Shown here: positions 19,102 through 32,486 of the stretch, one piece after another
Position numbering within the stretch: position 1 is the first letter of the stretch
Layout of the letters: every line of letters starts with the position of its first letter
Assembly: GCF_009914755.1 (NCBI RefSeq)
Contig: NC_060934.1
Reading direction: 5' to 3' (one strand)
Origin: the human T2T-CHM13v2.0 reference genome, Homo sapiens
Length of the DNA: 64,000 nucleotides
Translations under genes and position numbers: made by a program
Notes under the pieces: generated by a model
What the model was told of the DNA's origin: nothing
Databases searched by the model: none
The model's input: only the letters and a program-made list of their open reading frames with translations

Positions 19102-20387
19102 TACCCAAGGCTGGGTAATGTATAAAGTAAAGAGGTTGAATTGGCTCATGGTTTTGCAGGCTGTACAGGAAGCATGGCAGCATGGCGGGGCTTCTGCTCA
19201 GCTTGTTGGGAGGCCTCAGGATGCTTACAATCAGAAGGTGAAGGGAAGAAGGCATCTCACATGGTGGCAGCAGGAGCAAGTCCAGGAGGTGCCACACTCT
19301 TTTAAAAAACCAGATCTCATCAGAACTTACTTACTATGGTGAGGACAGCACCAGGCTATGAGAGATCTGTCCCCATGACCCAAACACCTCCCACCAGGCC
19401 CCAGCTTGAACACTGGGGATTATATTTCCACCCGAGATTTGGGTGGGGACAAATATCCAAACTGTATCAGCCTGTATTTACCATCCCTCCAAAACCTGTT
19501 ATTGCACATATATTTAAAAATAAAGTTCAGGACAAAATATTTCCTGAGATTATACTCAGTTAATGAAGACAATTAGGTTTGCAATTAGCTAACTCTTAGT
19601 TAAATATATTTAACATCACTTATAGAAGAAAAGAACCCCAAACACATACAAATAAATCAGATTAGGCTTTGTCTTTTGATTAATGTTTTTTTCACCGAAC
19701 AGGAAAATACTCATTAACAAAAGTTTCGAGAACAATAAAGCAACTGGAGGTTATTAATATGAAAATATTGTCGATTGTTCCTCCGTAGAAATCTCCCTGG
19801 ACAGCCCACTTCCTGAAAAATGACTCAGCAAAAACTCCCAGAGAAGAGTTGTTCATACTTCATACAATTGTTCAGGCCAGAGCTTATTTCTTATCTATAA
19901 AGTCCCCTTGTGATGGATGATTCATGATTCTTTTCATTTATGGGCTTTGAATGCAAACTATTTCTTAATGTAAACAAATGGCTTCAGTATTTAAAGCAAA
20001 ATATTTCCGTTTGTTTAGTACTATTTCCTATTTTATGCCTGAAACTGTGTTTTTGAAGGAATTGTTTGGTTTCAAAAGAGGGAAAGGGAATGATTGTTTA
20101 GAAGAATGTGTGCAAAGGGGCGTGCCTTTGTCATGGGCAGCCTTTGAGATCTGCCTGGAGTCAGAGGGGGCGTGTGGTAGGTAGCATGGCCCAAAGAAGC
20201 TGGTGTCATGAATTCTGCCTGTAAAAGTTCCAGTTTCCTGTGGGAGAAAAGGGTATCTGACAGGTCTTGAAGTATGCCTTTAAATTCTCTATTCGCTGAA
20301 GAGATGCAAACTAGGTGAATGGAAGAGAAATGACACATAGAACAGTTGCTAAAGATACTAGAGAGAAGAGAGCAAGATCTTTAGTGA

Positions 20388-20706
<319 letters not shown>

Positions 20707-20811
20707 GATCTTTAGTGATTTCTAATGACATTTTACAATTGTCAGTATAAAAAAATAAAATGAAAACGTGCAAGAGCATGAGACAGTTTCAATGACGTAT
20801 GTGCCAAAAAT

Positions 20812-20830
20812 TGACCACTAGGTAGCACCA
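20812..20830 (+). promoter_or_regulatory. Candidate CTCF site
   Basis: TGACCACTAGGTAGCACCA, one core mismatch to the consensus. Confidence 0.4.
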
Positions 20831-21117
20831 TAATCTAGCTCTACGACTCTAGCACTGTGTTGATTCTGTATTGGCCAGGATGCAAACGTTTTAAGATTTA
20901 TGTCTGAGAAAAGACCAACAAAAGCAGCTGTAAATTATTCAATCAGAAGACCCTAACGTAACAAACTGAAGAGGTATAAGGTTTACCAAGTATTTATTTG
21001 GTGAAGTTTCTACTATAGCAATTATTTTTATTCAGAACCCAGAGAAACGAAGATGGAAGAGATTTTGAGCCTTCTCTTAAAAAAACACCTAGATTTGCAT
21101 GAAGATAAAGAAAAAGA

Positions 21118-21430
<313 letters not shown>

Positions 21431-21545
21431 GAAAAAGAAAAAGAATAATTATAGTTAATTAAAACAATTAGTCTAGAATTTCCTTGTCAAATTAGAAAAA
21501 CACCAGTTTAATGAAGTAGTAAACATTCCTCATACTTGTTTTGAG

Positions 21546-21662
21546 TAGAACAGTTGCTAAAGATACTAGAGAGAAGACGGCAAGATCTTTAGTGATTTCT
21601 TTTCTCTTTTCTTCTTTTTTTTTTGAGACGGAGTTCCGCTCTTGTTGCCTAGGCTAGAGTAC
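21546..21662 (+). repeat. Local copy of 20338-20463 flanked by 16-bp direct repeats
   Basis: Same unique flank, Alu TSD and Alu tail as the source; CTCATACTTGTTTTGA at 21529-21544 and 21662-21677. Confidence 0.9.
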
Positions 21663-22366
21663 TCATACTTGTTTTGATTCATCAGTGTCTTTATCATTCC
21701 TACTTAAGTCTTCCATTCACTTGGAAGTACTTCCATTCAGTACATGCCCACTACATACCTAACATCATCTAGATGCCTTGAATCTAAAGAAGCATGAGGC
21801 ACATGCCTTGCCTTTGCATAGCACATGGCCCAGCAAGGTGGACAAATATATAACAAAACAACAGTATTAAGGGATAAGAACTTCAGTAAAGACATGTTCA
21901 AAAGATTTATGGGAGATAGCAGCAAATTACAAAATAAGTGGCATTTGAACAAAGTCTTGTAAGATAATGGTAATAACTGACACTTATTGATGCTCATTAT
22001 GTGTCAAACCCTCTCCTAAATACTTTACCTAACAAATGCTTAGAAGTCGTGTAATCATCACAACCACCATTTGAGGAAGGTGACACTATTATTATCCCCA
22101 TGTTAGAGACAGGAAAACTAGTTTGGGAAATGCATTCTAGATAAAGGAAGTAACACGTATAAAGGCTCAGAAATGTACAAAACCATGGCATGTTCCAAGG
22201 AGCAGGTGGATTAGACCAGTAGTAACATTCTAATATTCATAGAAATACCATGACCTCTAGGATTTTATAAACAGAAAAATGAGGTAAGTCGTATCAGAGA
22301 TTTTGAATAGATTTTTTAAAACTTTTTTAATTTAAAAATTTAATTTTTAATTTATTTTAAAAAAGT

Positions 22367-22490
22367 TTTTTTGTAGAGATGGGGTCTAGCTATGTTGCCC
22401 AGGCCAGTCTCAAACTCCTGGCCTCAAGCGATCCTTCTGACTGGCCCCACAAAGTGCTGAGATTACAGGCATGAGCCACTGTGCCCAGCC
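22367..22490 (-). mobile_element. FLAM / Alu left monomer
   Basis: Monomeric antisense Alu. Confidence 0.8.
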
Positions 22491-22694
22491 AACTATTTTC
22501 CTATTACTTAGAAATTTTATTATTTAAGGAATAGTAGGAATATAATTTACTGAGAAATCACAGATCCGTTGAAAGATCAAACCATTTTTGTTATGAAATA
22601 TTATATCCTGAATTTTTAAAAGATGATATGGAAAATATATAATGGCTCTGTAGAATCACAATTTTTAATGCCACAGATTTTTCTTAAAATGCTA

Positions 22695-23000
<306 letters not shown>

Positions 23001-23589
23001 CTAACTTTTTAATAACAAACTGTTTTATTGTAACTCTGCTGAAAATAACAATGCTATAGTTTTAGAACTTAACTGAATATCTTGAAAGATTTCCTAATGT
23101 TGAAATACTACTACTGATACAATGAAAACAACTTTTAACTATTTTATTTTAGATAGCATTTGCAAGACAAACTCTGTGATATCATAATTAAATATTTATT
23201 GGTTGCTCTTTACTTACAAACCACTCTGTTCCTGTGTCCAGATTATTTGTTAGGCAAATATTTATCGAACACCTATGTTGTGCCAGCCATGGTGTTAGCT
23301 TCTGTAGGAGCAAAACAACAATAAGGGCCCAACTCTCTGCTTACCTATCTGTCTCCACCCTTTTCTCAGGCAAGCAGCCCCATGCTCACCACCCTGGCCA
23401 TACTTTCACTTCCCTGGCCATGTCCTCTCTCCACATTAGCGGTCCCTGTTCCCACCAATTTCTTTGCATAGGACTTGCCTATGAGTTTTTTCACCACCCT
23501 GGAATATCCAAATGGTATCCACTTTCCAGTTCACAGTTCCAATGACCCCTCCTCTGGATACTCTTCTTCTCTTCTAAGCCCCTCTGTTT

Positions 23590-23995
23590 TTAAAAAATCA
23601 TGGTAACCATTTTTCAGCGTACAGATCAGTAGTGTTAAGGATATTCACATTGTCATGCAACAGATCTCCAGAACGTATTCATCTTGCAAAACTGAAACTC
23701 TATATCCATTAAACAACTCCCCATCTCCCCTGTACCCTCACCCCGGCAACCAGCATTCCACTTTCTGTTTCTATGAATTTGACTATTTTAGATACCTCGT
23801 ATAAGTGGAATGATACAGTATTTTCTTTTTGTGACTACCTTATTTCACTTAGCATAATGTCCTCAAGGTACTTCCATGTTGTAGCACGTGACAGGATTTC
23901 CTTTCTTTTTGAGGCTGAATCGCATTCCATCGCATGTTTATACCACATTTTGCTGATGCATTCATCCATTGGTGAGTGCTTGGGTTGCTTTTCCT
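23590..23995 (-). mobile_element. L1MB-type 3' end
   Basis: CATCTTGCAAAACTGAAACTC...GGCAACC...TCACTTAGCATAATGTCCTCAAGG. Confidence 0.75.
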
Positions 23996-24098
23996 GGCAT
24001 TTTTTTATCCCTTCTTCTTTTCTAGCACTCGTCTTTTGCCTTCATGTATTAAAACTATTTTTTTCCTTTCTTATCTGTGTGTTTCTTCATTTTTTAAA

Positions 24099-24690
24099 AT
24101 CCATCCATCCATCCATCCATCCATCCGTCCGTCCGTCCATCCGTCTGTCTGTCCGTCCGTCTGTCCATCCATCCATCTGTCCATCCAGCAAATATTTATT
24201 GAGTGTCTCCTATTTCCAGGCACAGTTCTAGGCACTGGAGATGTATCAGTGAACAAAACAGAAAAAAATTCCCTGTGCTCATTAATCTGCATTCTTATAG
24301 AAGAGACAGATAATAAACAAGTGAAGTGTACAGTGTGTCCAAAGACAGAAAGTACTATGGGACAGAAACAAAGCAGAGGGAGTGAGGTGGGGATAGAGAG
24401 TCCCAGCTCAAGGTTAAAATGCTGGATTTTATTTTTAGCAAAGCCATCATTGAGAAGGTGATTTTTGAAGGAGTGAGCCAAGTGAATATCAAAGGCAAAA
24501 GCATTTCAGAAAGAGGGGAGAGCAGGAGCATAAACCCTGAGGTGGAGCATGCCTGGTAAAGTGTGAGGAACACTGAGGTCAGTGCAACTGAAGTGGAATG
24601 AAACACAGGTAAGGAGCAAGAGATGACATCAGGGCAGTCTAGGGCAGAGGGAGAGGCAGAACATGGAGTGCTTGTAGATCATTTTAAAAG
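24099..24690 (-). mobile_element. L2 3' end with expanded (TCCA/TCCG)n tail
   Basis: Tetranucleotide repeat 24099-24187 running into CAGCAAATATTTATTGAG. Confidence 0.75.
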
Positions 24691-24856
24691 CAGGATATGT
24701 GTCTGATTCATAACGATATTATTTGAAAGAATATTATTTGAATGAATGAATAACAGTTTCCTATGAATGCGCTCCATGTAAACCATGTCTATAGGACTAA
24801 TGTGCCTATGGTGCATTCCATGGCCCACACAGTATTTTTTTTTAAATATTAAACTT

Positions 24857-25137
24857 GGCTGTGCGTGGTGGCTGGCACCTGTAATCCCTCACTTTGGGAG
24901 GCTGAGGTGGGCAGATCGCTTGAGCTCAGGAGTTCAAGACCAGCCTGGGCAACATGGAGGAATCCCATCTCTACAAAAAGTACAAAAACTAGCCAGGCAT
25001 GGTGGCATATTCCTGTGGTTTCAGCTACTCAGGAGGCTAAGGTGGGAGGATGGCTTGAGCCCAGGAGGCGGAGGTTGCAGTGAGACGAGATGGCACCACT
25101 GCACTGCAGCCTGGGCGACAGAGTGAGGCCCTGTTGC

Positions 25138-25172
<35 letters not shown>
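24857..25172 (+). mobile_element. AluJ with long poly(A)
   Basis: J-type diagnostics; A-tract of more than 30 nt. Confidence 0.85.
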
Positions 25173-25176
<4 letters not shown>

Positions 25177-25997
25177 CATGTTGAGTATAATGGAGAGGAA
25201 GTGCAAAATACCTGTGTACACCCTGGGCAGCATTTCTGTCTTTCAGCTTACACTATCAGATTTGTATAAGGTAGCATGTTGGAGGGGACAGGTGAGTGAT
25301 ATCTTGTGGCAAAGAAAAAGCTGCTGCTATCTGTGGCATCACCTCTGACCCTTAAAGCCAGAAGATCCCCTCACAGACCAGATGATTCCAGAAAAGCAAG
25401 TTGCAAGAGCTAAAGGTCATTCTAGGCTCAGGGGTTCCCACACCTTTGTTGCTCCTGATTTTCTTGGACTTTTGCTCATCTTACAGGCCCCCAATTCAAC
25501 GCTGACCTCTGGCTCCACTGGGTTTGGGAACTCTCATTCTGCCTTTCTGAAATCTTGGACCTTAACATTCCTTAATGTTTTGTGACTCTGTTGGCACTTT
25601 CAGCTATGGCCCATTAGCTCCCCAAATCCTAGTCAGTAGCATATAACATTCCTAGATATTTGACGTATTTTGCTGCTTTTGTATATGGTATCGATTTTGT
25701 ATTTCATTTCCTACCTGTTGCTAGTATACAGATGAGCATTTTTTGGTCTAGAGTGCTTGCTAGATTCACTCATTAACTCTGTTTGTTGATCTCTCTAGAT
25801 TTTCTACATATACAATCATGTATTCCGCAAATATCAATTTTTCTTCTTTCTTACCAATCTTTACGTCTTTTATTTCCCTATCTTGACTTATTACACTGGC
25901 TAGATTTCCAGGACAATTTTGAATAGAGCTAGTGATTGTTGTTTTCCTGAGATGAGGTGGTCAATGTTTGGCATTTAGTCAGCAAACAAGATATTAG

Positions 25998-26342
<345 letters not shown>

Positions 26343-26349
26343 TGAGTTT

Positions 26350-26352
26350 TGT

Positions 26353-26390
<38 letters not shown>
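26350..26390. repeat. (TG)n microsatellite
   Basis: TG tract. Confidence 0.9.
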
Positions 26391-26392
<2 letters not shown>

Positions 26393-26540
26393 TTTTTTTT
26401 TTTTGTGGACCCTTCAAAATGCACAAGAAGTAGTGGGTTAAGGATAGGAGGGAAAACTCCAACTCCGCCAAGACTGAGCAGGATTAAACACCAGGTGATA
26501 TTTGCCAGGGGTGGGCCACTTTCATCTGGTATTCTTCTAC

Positions 26541-27176
26541 TGATAGAGGAGTTAAGAAGAAATTATTTCGGCAGATAGAGTAAGGAAGTCCTCCGTAAAC
26601 TTTTCCTTTTAATGAAAAGCAGCCTCCAAATCATTTTCTTTTCTAACAAAGAGGAGCCTGTAAAATCGAGTTACAGATGTAGAAAGGCAGGCTAGAAGCT
26701 TGCGCGGGTAGAATGCTGGCAGCTGTGCCAATAGGGAAAGGCCACCTGGGACTAAGCATGTTCAAAATGACTGCTCCATCTTCCCTTTTCCTTTCCAACC
26801 ACATGTGCCATAGGGAGCAGACAACATGGGGCTGGCCAAGTGGTAAGCCCATTTGCATGATAAGATTAGGGTAGGGTGGCCAGCTTCTTCATGCACTATG
26901 TAAACGTCACAACTGGTCCAGCCAATCTGTGCGCCCTATGCAAATCAGACACCACCTCCTCAAGCCTGTCTATAAAATCCGATGCACTCCCCACAGGCTG
27001 GAAGTCCCATTCGGGCGCCCCTCTCTCTCTCAGGAGAGGAAGCTGTTCTCCTTTCTCTTTCTTTTGCCTATTAAGCCTCTGCTCTTAACCTCACTCCATA
27101 CGTGTCCATGTCCTTGATTTCCTTGGCATGAGGCAATGAACCTCGGACAACAACGCCAGACAACAACACCACTTCA
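26541..27176 (+). mobile_element. ERV1 solo LTR, LTR9/MER61-like
   Basis: TG...CA ends, 4-bp TSD CTAC, TATAAAA at 26971; start TGATAGAGGAGTTAAGAAGAAAT matches recalled LTR9. Confidence 0.75.
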
Positions 27177-27279
27177 CTACCTTCTGGGGCACCCCTGCCT
27201 TGTCCCCAGTTTCCCAGATATGTTTCCTAGAGACTGTGAATTGTAGAGGGGGCACCTGTGCCAATGAAACACATGAACA

Positions 27280-27882
27280 TGTCAGAAGCATTTGAATCAG
27301 AGTGACTCCATCTTGAATAAGGGCTGGGTAAAATGAGGCTGATACCTACTGGGCTGCATTCCCAGGAGGTTAGGCATTCTGTCACAGGATGAGATAGGAA
27401 ATTGGCACAAGATACAGGTCACAAAGACCTTGCTGATAAAACAGACTGTGGTGAAGAAGCCAGCCAAATCCCACCGAAACCAAGAAGGTGATGAGAGTGA
27501 CTTCTGATCATCCTCACTGCTCATTATAATGCATTAGCATGCTAAAAGACACTCCCACCAGCACCATGACAATTTACAAATGCCATGGCAATGTCAGAAA
27601 GTTACCCTATATGGTCTAAAAAGGGGAGGAACCCTCAATTCTGGGAATCACCCACCCCTTTCCCAGAAATCTCATGAATAATCCACCCCTTGTTTAGCAA
27701 ATAATCAAGAAGTAACAATAAGTATAAGCAGCTGAGCACCCATGCCACTGCTCTGCCTATGGAGTAGCCATTCTTTATTCCTTTATTTGCTTTATAAATT
27801 TTCTTTCACTTTATGGATTTGCCTCAAATTTCTTCTTGTGCGAGATCCAAGAACCCTCTCTTGGGACCCCTTTCTCGTAACA
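27280..27882 (+). mobile_element. MER41 (MER41B-like) ERV1 solo LTR
   Basis: TGTCAGAAGCATTTGAATCAGAGTGACTCCATCTTGAAT...GTAACA; TSD AACA. Confidence 0.88.
27639..27668. promoter_or_regulatory. Tandem GAS (STAT) motifs in MER41
   Basis: TTCTGGGAA 27639-27647 and TTCCCAGAA 27660-27668, both TTCNNNGAA. Confidence 0.7.
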
Positions 27883-28173
27883 AACATAATGCTTCCTACT
27901 AGTGTTTCCAGTACAGAGCAAGGAGCCTGGGAATCTAGTCCTGGTGATGGAGTGAGAAAGGTGAGCGACTGATGCAGTTTTATTTGAAGAATAAACTTAC
28001 TTAAAAAAAGGTTAATTTCCAGTTCTAGAGGGACAGGGGTTCCTAGCAGACTAATGGGACAGTGACTCAGTTATAGAGAAAAAAGAAAAAGGCCCAGAAA
28101 AGGGCCCCAAGGAACAGGACTATATCAACTTCACACACAGCCTGATGGTGTGTCCCAAAGATCAGCTTGGGGC

Positions 28174-28408
28174 AGGATTTCTCAGCCTGGGCACTACTGG
28201 CATTTCAGGCTGGATAATTCATGTGTATGTGTGTTGCGGGTCAGGTGGGGGTTTGTGCTGTGCATTGTAGGTTGTTTAGCAGTATCCCTGGCCCATTCTC
28301 ACTAGATATCAGTAGCACCACCCACCTCCCACGGTGACAATCAAATATGTCTCCCGACATTTCCCTCGAGCAGGGGACCCACAAGATCACCCAGTTGAGA
28401 ACCACTAG
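28174..28408 (+). mobile_element. MER20 (hAT MITE)
   Basis: TTCTCAGCCTGGGCACTACTG...CCAGTTGAGAACCACT. Confidence 0.8.
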
Positions 28409-28689
28409 CCTAGGGTCACTTAAACTTCTCTTGTCAGTGGTCAGACTTAATCCTAGGAAGTAGTCAAAGAGTTTGAGCTGCAGGTGGGAGGAGAGGTTAA
28501 GGGTCCAGACTGGGAACATTCCAGTCACACACGCCATTCTTTTTTATGGGCATCTTGGAATATGGCTGTTTCAAAACTTTCCACTTCCTCCTTTTCTTTT
28601 CCTCATTTGATGAATTTGTTGTTAGCACTATGAGACAGGGGAGATTGTTTTCTCTGTTACTTTTGGGAGGAGAGCCTCTCCTGTTCATT

Positions 28690-28980
28690 TAATCTGTGCG
28701 AACTTCCGGCAGGAAATGGCACTCAAGGAAAGTTTTGAATAAAAGGAAGATGCTGGTTTAGCCAGTGGAAACAGGAAGTTGTTGCCCGTGTCTCCTACGG
28801 TGTAGAAGAAAGTAAGAGGCAGACAGAAACTGCACTTAGCAGGACTGAGAGGAGCAGAAGACAGTGGGGTGGGAGTAGAGGGAGGGTGGGGAGAGCTGAG
28901 GAGCAGAGGGAAGCAACTGGGCCACCAGGACAGAAGACCTTGAATCTCCAGGCTGAGCCGGCTGTACCGGAAGAGGATGA
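28690..28980 (+). promoter_or_regulatory. EXOC6: Candidate non-CpG-island alternative promoter, ETS-motif cluster
   Basis: ACTTCCGG 28702-28709, CAGGAAAT 28710-28717, ACAGGAAGT 28771-28779, ACCGGAAG 28966-28973; G-rich KLF/SP-like tract; directly upstream of a consensus GTAAGT donor. Confidence 0.55.
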
Positions 28981-29017
28981 ATGTGCTGTGTAGGAGGAGC
29001 GGGGTCATGCAGTGACA
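28981..29017 (+). CDS. EXOC6: Putative coding part of a far-upstream EXOC6 exon (MCCVGGAGSCSD)
   Basis: ATG 28981 to donor ACA|GTAAGT at 29017/29018 (37 nt); joined to 32375-32400 (26 nt) this gives 63 nt with no stop, in frame with ATG 32401. Confidence 0.6.
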
Positions 29018-29049
29018 GTAAGTCAAAGCAATAGTGGTTTGTTAATTAA

Positions 29050-29394
<345 letters not shown>

Positions 29395-29945
29395 TATTCT
29401 ATTTAAATTAATATATTTTCTCTCCAATATTAGGAGCATATGCCTACATTCTAAAATCTCCTTGAATAAAGAGAGAGAGAAAGAGAGTAAATGTGGCAAA
29501 ATATTAACAGTTGGTGAATCAGATGAAGGGTATATTTTTGTTCACATTATATTCTTCCTGTAATTCTTCTATAAGTTTGAAAATTTTCAAAATTAAAATT
29601 TGTGCTGTGTGGAGAGAAGAATGAATTTTTAAAACCATGTGATATTTAGAACTGGATCAGTCATCACAGATGTATGTGTTCATGAATATGTGGCATTATT
29701 TATGAATTTTCTTCTCTTCAATGTAATATAGTGATGCTGATGGCTCTTTTAAGAGTGATTTCTCATCATGTATTTATGTATTTTCAGGTTCTGACAAACA
29801 CAATCTAGAATTGTCAGATTTTTGCATAATTTGCACCATTTCCTTACAAGGCAGAGGTAACTCAGCTAGTAGCTTTCACAATCATTCATTCATTGGATAA
29901 GCATTTCTTGAGTATCTACTATAACTGTATACAAGGTGTATACTC

Positions 29946-30237
<292 letters not shown>

Positions 30238-30333
30238 TACAAGGTGTACACTCTTAAGCATTATGGGGAATACAGATATGAATCAGATAGACATTCTGCA
30301 CACATATAATCTTATAATTTGGTATAAGTTTAA

Positions 30334-30636
<303 letters not shown>

Positions 30637-30791
30637 TGAAAATTATTATTTTTTGTCAAGTCTCAAAGGACTTACTCATCTTATTGGGAAATGGTGTGAG
30701 CCATATTGGTGCTGCATTTGTTCCATCCTGCCATGGAGCAAAACTAGGGCTGAGGGTTGGGGGCTATTGGTGGGGTTGAAGTGAAGAATGC

Positions 30792-31251
30792 TGCATTGGT
30801 TTGCCATTGCTGTATAACCCATCAGTCTGTGGCTGAAAACAACAGTCATTTAGTATTGCTCTTGTGTCTGTGGTTCAGTTGGGGCTTGGCTCATCAGAGT
30901 GGATTTGAATAGGCAGTTCTGTTTCAGGCTGCTGCAGCTAGATGAAAATATATACTTTCCCCTGAAGGTCTGTGGACCAGTGGGGATGACTCTATCTCAT
31001 GTAGCTCTCAGGGAATGCTTTTCTTAGGTGATGGCAGAGGTGCAAGAGGACAAACAGAAAAATGCCTTAGAGGCTTTAGAAAGTCCAGGCTCAGAACTCA
31101 CATGCTGTTATTTTAGCTTATGTATATCACTGGCCAGCAGAAGTCACATGGCTGAGCCCAAAGTCATGGGACGACAAATACTGTGCCCACAGTGAAGTAC
31201 TGGCAAGGGTGTGGATGCAGGCAGGGGTGACAAACTGATGCAATCTATGAC
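30792..31251 (-). mobile_element. MLT1-type MaLR LTR
   Basis: CTGGCCAGCAGAAGTCACATGGCTGAGCCCAAAGTCA motif. Confidence 0.55.
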
Positions 31252-32400
31252 AAATGCCATAGATTGTAGTTATAGCATGCTTTGAATACTACATTTTTAA
31301 GAGAACAAACATCAATTTTTGGTCAGAGCTTTTAAAAAAGTCTGATAAAAACAAAAAAAAATAAAAAGCTTCTTATGGAAGAATGTCACTACTCATTCCT
31401 TTAAATATTGTATTTCTTGTATTAAGCAAGAAAGCTGAGGCTAAACTGAATTGAAGAAGATCGAATGCAAGTGGTAATGGGAAATACATGCCCGTTAGTT
31501 CTTTAGGCCTACTTGGGGCTGGTTGTAGGGCACATTTTCCTTTGCTGTTTTGGGCCTCTAGTTCATGCACTCTTTCTTCCTCTCGGTGGCAGCTAGCCTT
31601 CTTAAAACCCTGACATCTTCATTCTCTTTCTTCCTCTCCATCAAAACCTATTCTGCAGAAGGGATCTAGCAAACTCATTCACAGTGAGGCATAAGGAACT
31701 GAAAAGGAGTAAGATCTAAATGCCTCCAGAAGCATTTGTATTTGAACAAGAGATAAAAGAACTAATGGCTCTATCTCTAATGGAGGAAATTGACACAGCA
31801 AAGTAGAGAAGCAAAGGAGATAGACAGGGCACCAAGGAATTAGCCTAGTGACCTCAAAATCACATCCCATAGCACATTTCATTTTTCCTGGGCAAATTAC
31901 CTCCTTGGGTTTGTGGGCAAGCCCTTGCCCACAAATACAAATGCTTCTGGAAGCATAGTTGCGGTAATAACTAGGAATGTAGCTTTAGTTATGTATTTAG
32001 CATAAATAATATTAATATATATGCCTTGTCAAATCAAATGCATTTAATAAATTTGTATAGTGTAATGACTGTAATTCCTACATATAGTTATTGTCTTTGA
32101 GAAACGAGTGAATAAATATAGCTGGCACTAGGCAGGAACTTTCCGAACTGTGTCAAGGTTAATAGTAAGTAAAATGTTATAAGTGGAAACAGGACAGCAA
32201 CAGCTGTGCAACATTCTTGGAAGCAAAGACTTTTATAGCATGAAGTCAGACAGTGAGCTTGTTTTTGTTGCTCCTTTGGGTGAACAGAGAATCCTTCTAA
32301 TAATTATAAGGAAAACGGTATTTTTTTTTTTTATAAATTACAACAGTTTTTCACTCAATATCTGACATCTGCAGCTGGAAAATTAGGGGCCTGTCGAGCG

Positions 32401-32486
32401 ATGTTGGAAGAAGAAACAGATCAAACCTATGAGAATGTCCTGGCTGAGATTCAGTCTTTCGAACTGCCTATTGAAGCTACTTTAAG
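32401..32486 (+). CDS. EXOC6: EXOC6 alternative upstream first coding exon (MLEEE isoform); acceptor at 32374/32375
   Basis: ATG 32401 gives MLEEETDQTYENVLAEIQSFELPIEATL-R; donor AG|GTAGGG at 32486/32487, same phase 2 and same TLR ending as the canonical exon; upstream acceptor TCTGCAG|CTGG. Confidence 0.88.

Noticed and set aside
23773-24481. 136-161 aa ORFs with HPSI/MDGW repeats
   Set aside because: L1/L2 remnants plus a (TCCA)n microsatellite
26744-26763. p53 site in the LTR9-like element
   Set aside because: Only one half-site (AAGCATGTTC) fits; the adjacent half-site does not
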